Shown: one piece after another, positions 39,901-51,900 of the stretch
Layout: each line of letters opens with the position of its first letter
How positions within the stretch are numbered: position 1 is the first letter of the stretch
Assembly (NCBI RefSeq): GCF_052425735.1
Contig: NW_027558036.1
Coordinates: 1,736,001 to 1,800,000, forward strand
DNA length: 64,000 nucleotides
From: Oculina patagonica
Lineage: Eukaryota
Direction of reading: 5' to 3'
Notes under the pieces: model-generated
What the model saw: the letters and a program-made list of their open reading frames with translations, nothing else
Told to the model about the DNA's origin: nothing
Database searches by the model: none
Position numbers and translations under genes: made by a program

Positions 39901-42900
39901 AAGGGAATTCAAATAGTTTCAAAGTTTTTGATTGGCTGTTTAAAAACAAGTCTTGAACAGAAGTCAAAATGTTCGCGCCCATTGCGTACGCGAAATCATA
40001 AACAGCCGTATTTTCGAAATGGAAGACATGAAGAATTTCGGAGAATATTCTCCCAAACTAATAGCGTTCAACCTGTTATTACTTTCTCCATCCTGGAGTC
40101 TCGTTTTTTTTTTCAAAACCCAAGCCCTTGATGCAGAATGGAAAAGCGCGTTTTAAACATGTGTATTTGAGAAAAACAAGAGCTGCACATCGCACCCGAT
40201 TCCGCCATTTTGTTTCTGCCGATCCGCTCATAGCATTTAGGAAAAAATGAAGAATTGTGAGTTAAACATAATTTAAATCATTTTGGTTAATTTATGCATT
40301 CGATTCGGCACATGTCAAGTTCGTCGTATAAAGCGACTGTCGAACCTCTGTCAAATATTCGACTTGCCCAGTCGACGATGCGACAGAAGTTGCATTTAAT
40401 CGATTGAAACGTCGAAATTTGCAAACATTTAATTCCTGAATAAGATTCGGCAAACGCGAAATTCGACGTATAAACCGAGCCTAAACTCAGGCGGACTACT
40501 GCCTCGTCCCCAGGCGTCCTTCTCCTTGCTCGTGCACGGTTCACTGGGCGTTGTGGGACTGATGTGCACGGTTCGCTTGGCGTTGTGGGACTAATGCAGA
40601 CGGGAAAAAGGACACAACCTAGCCATTAACCCTGGCGCTCCCTGCTTTCCCGCCTGACCTTAACCATCCGGCTGATCAGCGCCTGGGGACGAGGTAGGGC
40701 GGTCTATATACTCGCTGTTACGTGACCAGCATCGCGTCAATATGTTTTTGACAACTTTGATTTAGAATTAGCTTTCTTCATATTCAACATGGGTCAACAT
40801 GAACAGTTCGTTTGCTCAGTTGTAACTGAGAATCCTCATTTATCGCGGACAGGTCTGTCAAAAATATTACTCACACATGTATGAGAGTGGTTAAGGGTTT
40901 TATTATGATCGATGAAAGACCCTTTTTCCGTAAAATAAATTGTGTAATGTTTTTTTTTTCTCGTTAAATGAGATTTGGTTACACTGTTGTGAACTGTGAA
41001 ACGACTTTTCTATGAGAATTGCGAAATGACTGTTGTTATTTTTCGTTAAATGTGACTGTAAATCGTTTTTTTTTTCTTCCAGAAGATTATCCAGTAAACG
41101 TTTGAAAACAAGACTAAAAAAACTTAAAATCGTTTTTTTTCTTCCAGAAGACTCTCCAGTAAACGTTTAAAAACAAAACTACGTGTGGTAAAATGCGTGA
41201 CTAGGACTGATCGCCCGGCATGAATTTTAATCGAACTTTATCGAACTTATACCTTGGATTGAGTTCGATTGAGTTCGACAATCGAACAAAATCGAACACG
41301 CACACACACAAAAAGTTGCACAATGGTCCATTTTCATTAAAAATTGCTATATTAAAGCAACGAATTTAACAAGCATTTTTTGGCTGCGGATGGCTAGGAT
41401 GGAAATGGATTGCAATTGAAAAATTCAGTAAGGCTAAACTTTTCAAAGTTTTCAGTTTCGCGTGTCGTAAAAGATCGATATTTGTGCCGAAGTTTGATTA
41501 TGATTATCTACAAATTAAGGCTGTATCTCCCATTAGATCGATGTTCAAAAAATGCTTTTCATGGGTTAAGTCGCTACCACTAATTTCGGAACAGTTTAGT
41601 TCAAAAATCTGCAAAATTCTCGTGACGTAGCTCCTTTAAAAAGTGTGCTCAAGATCTATCGACGGGAGCAGTTTATAAAACTAACTGCAGAGACTGTGAG
41701 AGAGTTTATATAAGACAAACATCACGAGCGTTAAGATCTAGAACAAGAGAGCAAAAAAGAGCTGTTTTTACGGTTGACAAGCTAGAACTTTCTATTGGTG
41801 CAAGAACTCTCTGTTGCATGCAAAACAATCGAGAATTCGATTTCGACGACGTAAAGATTATAGCCGTTGTTCTTGTGATCAGACTGTTTTCAAAAGCGTT
41901 ACATTCTATTCGAAACCGAATTCGACTAACAAACACATGTACACTCCCGACATGTACAAAATCCTGTTCTGAATCACTAGTGGGTTATCGCCTTCTTTAA
42001 AAAAAGAAAAAATATTTACATCTGGACGCCCTTTTCAATTTGTGTTAAGAAGGTTATAGCATTTTTAACTGAAAAGCCAGATATTCTTTACAGTTTTAGT
42101 CAGTGAGAACAATTTTTTTAGTTTTTATGCATAAAACGTGAAATAGCCAATTTTTTTTGGAAAACATTTAGGCCGTATTTTACTTGTTCTTTTTACCTTG
42201 TTCAATCAAGTAAATCGATCGTTTGGATATTCACCATTTAAAATTAATATTTTGCCAATTTGACAACAGCGACGAACTTTCGTCTTTGCCAGCGCAAGCC
42301 TCATTTGCCAAATTTTTTTACTTAATATTTTGATAGTATCTGGTCATTTTGACTTGACGTCCAACACACCAAGATGCATTTTTAGCCTCTGAATTTACCA
42401 AAGTTTTGCATTTTCGCACAAAACTTGGGATGGTAATTATTGAAAGAGTGTTGTTCAATTACACCAGATTTTTAAAAGTACCATTGCTAGAAAGCAGAAC
42501 AGCAGCGCTCTCATTAACATGTACAGTTAATCTTCTTTCATATTGTTGCAAACGAAGCGCTGCTTTGTAACAACATGTCTCTTTTAAAAAAATTTTTATT
42601 GCCCTGTGCTGACGATAATTTGTCTCCTTTTATTTCAGGGACTTGTCATCCAATAAAATTCCATATCTACCCACAGGGTTATTGACGAAGCAAACGAGCT
42701 TGGCAGAGTTGTACGTTTGTCAGCATTTTTCGTTCTTTTCGTCAATCTTATTATAATATAAGTTAAAAGGACTAGTGTCACGGCTTGGTTAAGTTTTGCC
42801 AATTACTCGCTATGAAAATGTCGACAAAGAACCATACCGCAATCCGTTAAGTGGTTTATTTTATGTTTCACTTAATTCTGTGGCCATTTTTTTCATTTTT

Positions 42901-45900
42901 AAATTTGGCTTAAATTCATGACAAGTTCCTTAAGTTTAAGAAAAGCCGTCAACTCATACAGAAGGTAGGCCGCTTTTGTACGCGCGCTGTCTTATACTCT
43001 CTTGGTTCTTGGCATTAAAAAAATCTTCCGGCAGGAAGATTTTTCAAGGAATTAAATTTGGAGCTAATCCTTGTTGTTTTTGTCTTATGAAATTAATATT
43101 AGGCGTCTTTTCCAGAAAACATGTCAGAGTTTGTTATTTGGGCGATCAGTGTTTATCAAGTTAGCTAAAAAACTTTTTAAAACTGATCTAAAAATGTAAA
43201 AATGATCTTATAAACACTTTTCAGAAACTAAATATTTGGCAAACGTTCTGTTGCCTTCGTCAGACGTAGTTTGAAACAGTTTCACTGCATGTACAATCGG
43301 GTCTTATTAGTCTCCAAAGATGCAGACAAAGGTAACTAAACTTGTGGGAAATGTAAATGTTTAGGAGCGAAAGAATAAAGTAAGCACTTGCAAACCTGCG
43401 GCACAAAATAGAATTATGCAAAATAGAATCATTCTGTAAATGTTCGTTTATGCAAAACGTCCAGAAAAAGGCGTTCTAGTCTGTTCAGGTTTCTTTCTAG
43501 AATGTCAACGTAGTCTTGGTCAATGTCGAAATCTGTTGCTCCCTCAGAGATTGGCCAAAAGTGATGTCAAGAAAAAGAAAACTAAAGAATAAAAAAATGA
43601 AAATTTATAGACATAGCACGCCAATAGCACAGAGCTTAACATTGGCGACATTGTACGTTACTTGCTTATTTTCGTCATTCTGAAAAATGAATTTTTAATA
43701 TCCATGTTCCGTTATTTATTTTTATTTTTTTACCCGTGAACCGTGCCAGAGACCGCCCTTGTAAGACTCGCTACGAAGCAGCACAAGAGAAAAAAGCAGA
43801 AAGCACAAATATACGAATCATCTTCGACGCATCAGCTAAGGAATATCAAACTAGTTCCTCCTTAAACGATTGTAGATTGGAGACTGAGCCTCCACTCTAA
43901 AACATACTCTGGATTGTGCTGGTTCAAAACCGTTTCAAAGCTAGCTGTTGCGCTTTGTGGCGATTTTTAGCAGTTAGTCTTGCAGGTACACACATGTTTT
44001 AGGCTTTGATATTTACTTGTCCGTTGTTAGGTTTAACACAGCCACTGTTTCTTCTTGGTGGAACTCTAAAGCAACGGCTAGAAAACTTGAAAGCCAAATA
44101 TCACGAAGATTTTGAGGATCGTTAGTGGAAGAATTACCACTGCCCAGGGCGCAATTTATAATTTGAAAAGGTTACAGTCTTAGAATATTGAGAAGCGGAG
44201 TTTAAACTACATACATGCCACTCTTATGTGGTGGTGGCTAACGCTCAATTGAGAGACGAAGGGAAAATATATGACAAGGAAAATTTGTGCGTGAAAGCCA
44301 AAAAAGCAAAGTTACCGAGACTATTTTTGGAGCAAGCAGAAAGATACCATGGTCGTGATCTTTACTAAAGGCTCTGTGGAAACTAGTTAGAGAGAAACTC
44401 TGAGTAGTTAGGCATAAGTAATTGACCCTCTTGGAGTGGCAAGCTTTCTAGCCCACAGCCTGAGTAATGAGGCTGTAGGGCTTTTGCTTCTTTGAAGTGG
44501 CAAGTCCAACAGCTTGGGTAAGACGATCTATACTACAAATCGACTCGCAGAGAGGGGGGGAATAGAGAAACTGGTAAAACAGTGTTGCAAGTTCAAGGAA
44601 TACCTAATTTATAAAGTAAGAATTTCCTGCAGGCTAGCTACAGCCAAAGGCAGTCCATTTTTTGTTTACATGTCTTCGGTGATACTGTTGGCACAGTAAC
44701 TGCGACGGCAGTGTACGGATTATTCTTTAAGAGTCGGGCGCAAACCAAGATCTTTAACCCGAGCCATTCACCTCGAACTGGTACCAAATTTAACGGATAA
44801 GCAGTTCATCAGTATCCGCACATTTTGCATCGCAAAGGAGCAAAGTCCAATATGATCAACGCTTATAACGGTAGAAATTTTACAGGTACAGCAAACAGGT
44901 CGAGTAAGGTGGTGATCCCAACTTCACTTTGACAGTTTTTTGCCAAAACACGCAATCAGTTACTATACAAGGAAATGTTCATATATATCAGATTTTTGAC
45001 AGTTCGAACCATATTTCAGCTTCGATGCAGTTAATATACAACAGACTTAACAGCACGATTCACTTTAACCCTAAACAATACAAAGAAGTTCAAAGATAGC
45101 CTAAGGAGTCCTTTCATCACTCGTGTTCCTGACGCAAGAGGGACTGGGTACACAGGCATCTCAGCGAAAATAACTACACTTACTCTTGGTGATGTGGGTG
45201 GGGATTACTATACAGGAGGCTATTACGAAAAGGGGATGCCTTTGTCAGACTGGAGGTATATCACCCTGTATGTCTGCTTGCCTGTCTTTTTTTCTGTCCA
45301 ACTCCCTGGCTGCTGCATGCCTGCCTGCCTGTCTGTCTGTCTGTCTAGTCTGTCTGACTGTCTGTCTGCCTGTTTGTCCGACTGTCTGTGTGTGTGTGTC
45401 TGTCAGTCAAAATGTTGCTGAATTACAGAAAACTTCTTAAAAGTGGCTCATAACAAATAATTTAAGTTTTAACTGTCGTGGGCCACATAATAATTACAAT
45501 TGGTGACAATAATTATTATTGGTGGCTTGATGCAAATAGGACAATATATCACTGTATATAATTTGCTTATCCAGCTTTCGCTCGATTACTGATTACGGAT
45601 TAATTTAAGGGCAAACGGCCGTAAAGTTTTGAAAGTAACAACCATTGTTACTGTCACATTTAACAGTGTTTTCCTTTCATTACTTCTGGTGGGTAGCTTC
45701 GTTCGAGGGGTCGATACTTTTAATCATCTTAAAGGTGTGGCATATAAGGGTCGATCTGTCTTACTGTAATCGTACAATATGTGATTTTGTTTTTCGCAGG
45801 TACCTTAGCCACAATAAAATAGAAGTGCTGCCTGAAGGAATATTTGAGAACCTATCAAGTCTAGTTGTTTTGTAAGTACATGCATCTGACAAGTATTTAA

Positions 45901-48900
45901 TTAAGGAGGCTATTAACGGTTTCCAGCACTTTCCATCTCTTATACTTTGATGGATCAGTACTGCAAACCTTTTACAGTTGCTCCTACAATAATGGTACCA
46001 AACAAATGCCCAATCATTGGTAACAACAGTTTAACCTGTTTAGAACTGCTACAAACTGGATAATGATCAAAATATTAAAATACAACTTTTTGCAAAACTA
46101 AAAGGGCAGACTATAAATGAATTTTAAAATCAAATACAAATGTAAATAGCCTAATTAATTGTAAATATTTTTAACTTTTAATACTTTTAATTTACAAGAC
46201 CCCACAAGCTGTAAGCTTTTATCCAAATCGTGTTTTTAAATAAAGGCAAATTACTTACTTACTTACTTATTGAGCTTGAACTCTAATGTTTATGCCGAAT
46301 ATAAAACCGACTGACTTTTTGACTTTGAACGTACCAATTCTCGTTCCATAAACTAAACTGATTAACTGAAGGTTTATGCTTCGTTTACTGGTATTTTACG
46401 TTGTTCTTGTTAACCCGTCTTGTCTGTTTCTCTGGCTGGCCGAATTTTTTTTAAATTACAAAATGGTAAAAATTGTTATAATGAGAATATTTAAAACTAG
46501 CTCATATCAAATAAATTAGTTTTAATCGCCTCAAAAACTAAATTTGAAAGTACTGCTTCTGATTATAACGTTGCCAACTTTGGCTATTCTCGTGACTTTA
46601 AGTTAGGCGTTACGAACATGTCTCTGCTTCCCAATCTCTCGGTATTTGCATGGATGATAAAAGACTGTCGAGGAATACCCTAAATTTGGCGAAAAAGGGT
46701 CATTTGGAGTGGGTGGCAGTGGGAGGCTGTAGTAGTGTATTACATGTAGCCCAGCGGTTACTCATAAGAGTACATCCGGGATGCGAAGAGTGTGTAGTGA
46801 GCGGGAAAGCATGTACTGTGTGTACGGGCGTGTGTTCTGCTTTAAAAGCAGCTGTAAGCCTTTGTGGCCTTTGAACACTAAAAATTGGCGACGAGGATGT
46901 CGCACTCAGTGGAACGAGCGTTGTCGCCCTAAGATTTAACCGGTTCTTCCTTTCAGGTCGCCAAACGGTGGCGACAGTGGAAGCGATTTTACCAATATTA
47001 CATCGATGGCAAAGGAATTACGAACGCCTCTCGAAAGAAAGCTCAATTACTTCATTTAGCGGGCATGGAAGTCCAAGATATTTTCGAAGTCGTTCCGGAT
47101 TCAGGACCGATCAATGCCGAGGAGGGTAACGAGTATGTAGTGTGTCTTCGTACGCTTGATGGAGGGACTGGATGGGGGGGTACAAATGTCAGTTGTCAGT
47201 TAAATTTTAGGCGATTTGTCAGTTGTCAGTTAAATTTTAGGCCATTTGTCAGTTGTCTGTTACTTGACTGTTAATAATTAACCGTGTAACTAAATTATTT
47301 ACTTCTGACCCAAAAGCTAGCTCGATTGGCACATATAACGTAAAGTATATCGTTAATTCAAGATTCTTACTTAAAGAACTATTGTTTCTCAGATTTGGAG
47401 TTAAAACCATTGCAATTGCATTACAACCTGAGATAAAAATTTAAGCGTTAACTTGCCTACCGATGATCACCTATATCAGTCTAAATCTACCTATTTATCT
47501 TCAACACTTTATACTTAATAGACCTTAATAAATATCAAGAAGAGTTTACGGAGCAAAATAAAATATCTTGAGAATTTGAGTAAAACCGCGAGTATCGTAT
47601 TTTCTCGATTGAAAAAGCTGGCTTCTAATAAAGCCGAGTTTCCACGGTGGAAGTATGAAAACCTGTACTGGTCTGTAATAAAAAATTTGCATTATACTCA
47701 AAAGTAATGTATAAAGGTCTCCGCACACGTGGGGTCAAGACGCAGGGACATGTTGCAGCAATATGAAGCAGCGACAAAATCATGTGTTGTTCACACTGAG
47801 GGGACATGCAGCAGGGACGATGATATTTGAGTCAGCATGAAAAAGTGTCGAAAATCCAAGGAATTGACCCTGAGAGTTATGATAATCATTAGTGAATTGG
47901 TATTTCTAATGGATTGGTATTACATTTGCAGTGCGAAGTGTTTTCAGTAACATTTTGTTTTTAGCTGTGAATTACCGCTATTTTTAGCCACTGTTTTAAC
48001 CCTTGAATTACATAATGGTCAACTGATACGACTGAAATGTGACATGTACATGCATTATAACCAGATTTCTACCTGAAACAAACGCGCTCGGTGGTTCACA
48101 TTGCCGCAACGTTTCAAAATTTAGTTTTATATACACAGTGCCACAGTAATTATAACATATATAACGCCAAGAGAAATAATTAAGTATCAAACACATCGTA
48201 CATTGCAACAAAAATGGGAACAAGAAACACGTAGTCGTACCTGGTAGGATTTCTGGACTAACTGGCATAATTCATATTTATATCAATACAAAATACAAAT
48301 GCACTTATAATACATACTGTTCATTTCGCTTCCTGTGCCATCCAGTAAGCTTGGTAGTTCGAGCTTCCACTGGCCGTCTGTGGTGATGACGAAGTTGTCG
48401 CTTTTCCCACTCTCATTCGGTGCCATTCGGAAAAGCTTGATGTCAAAGTCACCAAGGCCGCATTTTCTAGTTAAATCTTTGAGGCCAAGGAATGCCACAA
48501 GGTGCTTTTTGAGCGCATGAACTGTATTTATATCATTTATCGGAATACGGCTTCTAAATCGATCGAAAGCCGAGTTCGAGTCAACTCTGTAAAAGCTTAC
48601 AATAGCTTTTACAACGCCAGCATTGGCGGCCATTGCATAAACTGGCGCGTGTTCAGCGTAACTTTGAGATCGTAGCTGGTAATATGACCCTGATGTACAA
48701 GGGTCATACAGTGAATCATTAACGAAATATGAAACCCTAGCGTCCCGCTGCTGAGATTCGTATAAAACGTACATTTGTTTGACGAAAAGAGTCAAAGAGT
48801 GTTATTTACAACGGGTTTTTTAGGATTAACGATGCTCATGTGGGTTATTTAGGACAGTTTGGTCAGTTGTCAGTTGTCAGTAAAAGCCACTACAAATGTC

Positions 48901-51900
48901 AGTTGTCAGTTAGATTTTAGGCGATTTGTCAGTTGTCAGTTAAAATTTTGGCCATTTGTCAGTTGTCAGTTAACCCCATCCAGACCCTCTTGATGCTCAT
49001 TTTCGCGCCGTGGACGAAGTCCATGTTTTTTCCACAGCCGCCCAGACGTTGTATTCGATTTAGGTGATTATAAGACAATGTATGAGAATACTTTGAAAAT
49101 TGCTCGAAATTGTACTTGTATGAAAGATTTGAATAAAAATTTCTTACCTTATGTTTATCATGCGTTATTTTGACATTTCTGTGCCTCTGGAGTGGGTTTA
49201 AAGCCGTTTAGACGAGTTTTTCTTTCCGACGTTGTCGCCATGGCGCGGTCGCTTAGCTAAATTTTTGAATCTTGTGCCCGAGATAACTTTTCACGCATTC
49301 AGACAAAGCAAAAGTGGAAACCCAGCGCTCGAACACGAGCGTTTCTCGGGCGGTTAAAATAAACTTTGGAACCTTAAGCGAAGGAAATCGAAAGAAGAAT
49401 TATCGACGGCTGTATTGAAGCAATTTTGGTGAGATTCGACACTTTTTGTGGTATTTAAGGAGCTTCGAGTGCGAACCGTTGGCGAACTAGCTATAGGTCA
49501 CCTGCCTTTCGTTTCTCTTTAGGGGAAGCAACGTCGGAAAGAAAAAACTTCTTTTAAGCATGGACACTGTTAAGGGGTAGCTTCGTTCGAGGGGTCGATA
49601 CTTTTAATCATCTTAAAGGTGTGGCATATAAGGGTCGATATGTCTTACTGTAATCGTACAATATGTGATTTTGTTTTTCGCAGGTACCTTAGCCACAATA
49701 AAATAGAAGTGCTGCCTGAAGGAATATTTGAGAACCTATCAAGTCTAGTTGGGTTGTAAGTACATGCATTTGACAAGTATTTAATTAAGGAGGCTATTAA
49801 CGGTTTCCAGCACTTTCCATCTCTTATACTTTGATGGATCAGTACTGCAAACCTTTTACAGTTGCTCCTACAATAATGGTACCAAACAAATGCCCAATCA
49901 TTGGTAACAACAGTTTAACCTGTTTAGAACTGCTACAAACTGGATAATGATCAAAATATTAAAATACAACTTTTTGCAAAACTAAAAGGGCAGACTATAA
50001 ATGAATTTTAAAATCAAATACAAATGTAAATAGCCTAATTAATTGTAAATATTTTTAACTTTTAATACTTTTAATTTACAAGACCCCACAAGCTGTAAGC
50101 TTTTATCCAAATCGTGTTTTTAAATAAAGGCAAATTACTTACTTACTTACTTATTGAGCTTGAACTCTAATGTTTATGCCGAATATAAAACCGACTGACT
50201 TTTTGACTTTGAACGTACCAATTCTCGTTCCATAAACTAAACTGATTAACTGAAGGTTTATGCTTCGTTTACTGGTATTTTACGTTGTTCTTGTTAACCC
50301 GTCTTGTCTGTTTCTCTGGCTGGCCGAATTTTTTTTAAATTACAAAATGGTAAAAATTGTTATAATGAGAATATTTAAAACTAGCTCATATCAAATAAAT
50401 TAGTTTTAATCGCCTCAAAAACTAAATTTGAAAGTACTGCTTCTGATTATAACGTTGCCAACTTTGGCTATTCTCGTGACTTTAAGTTAGGCGTTACGAA
50501 CATGTCTCTGCTTCCCAATCTCTCGGTATTTGCATGGATGATAAAAGACTGTCGAGGAATACCCTAAATTTGGCGAAAAAGGGTCATTTGGAGTGGGTGG
50601 CAGTGGGAGGCTGTAGTAGTGTATTACATGTAGCCCAGCGGTTACTCATAAGAGTACATCCGGGATGCGAAGAGTGTGTAGTGAGCGGGAAAGCATGTAC
50701 TGTGTGTACGGGCGTGTGTTCTGCTTTAAAAGCAGCTGTAAGCCTTTGTGGCCTTTGAACACTAAAAATTGGCGACGAGGATGTCGCACTCAGTGGAACG
50801 AGCGTTGTCGCCCTAAGATTTAACCGGTTCTTCCTTTCAGGTCGCCAAACGGTGGCGACAGTGGAAGCGATTTTACCAATATTACATCGATGGCAAAGGA
50901 ATTACGAACGCCTCTCGAAAGAAAGCTCAATTACTTCATTTAGCGGGCATGGAAGTCCAAGATATTTTCGAAGTCGTTCCGGATTCAGGACCGATCAATG
51001 CCGGGGAGGGTAACGAGTATGTAGTGTGTCTTCGTACGCTTGATGGAGGGACTGGATGGGGGGTACAAATGTCAGTTGTCAGTTAAATTTTAGGCGATTT
51101 GTCAGTTGTCAGTTAAATTTTAGGCCATTTGTCAGTTGTCTGTTACTTGACTGTTAATAATTAACCGTGTAACTAAATTATTTACTTCTGACCCAAAAGC
51201 TAGCTCGATTGGCACATATAACGTAAAGTATATCGTTAATTCAAGATTCTTACTTAAAGAACTATTGTTTCTCAGATTTGGAGTTAAAACCATTGCAATT
51301 GCATTACAACCTGAGATAAAAATTTAAGCGTTAACTTGCCTACCGATGATCACCTATATCAGTCTAAATCTACCTATTTATCTTCAACACTTTATACTTA
51401 ATAGACCTTAATAAATATCAAGAAGAGTTTACGGAGCAAAATAAAATATCTTGAGAATTTGAGTAAAACCGCGAGTATCGTATTTTCTCGATTGAAAAAG
51501 CTGGCTTCTAATAAAGCCGAGTTTCCACGGTGGAAGTATGAAAACCTGTACTGGTCTGTAATAAAAAATTTGCATTATACTCAAAAGTAATGTATAAAGG
51601 TCTCCGCACACGTGGGGTCAAGACGCAGGGACATGTTGCAGCAATATGAAGCAGCGACAAAATCATGTGTTGTTCACACTGAGGGGACATGCAGCAGGGA
51701 CGATGATATTTGAGTCAGCATGAAAAAGTGTCGAAAATCCAAGGAATTGACCCTGAGAGTTATGATAATCATTAGTGAATTGGTATTTCTAATGGATTGG
51801 TATTACATTTGCAGTGCGAAGTGTTTTCAGTAACATTTTGTTTTTAGCTGTGAATTACCGCTATTTTTAGCCACTGTTTTAACCCTTGAATTACATAATG

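Noticed and set aside
46650-46874. 74-aa ORF identical in three copies, and 47546-47807 ORFs
   Set aside because: Identity is due to the very recent triplication; they overlap LTR or element non-coding sequence.
47181-47262. 30-bp periodic TGTCAGTTGTCAGTT repeats as a CRISPR or guide array
   Set aside because: Intervening sequences are near-identical to each other; better explained as transposon subterminal repeats.
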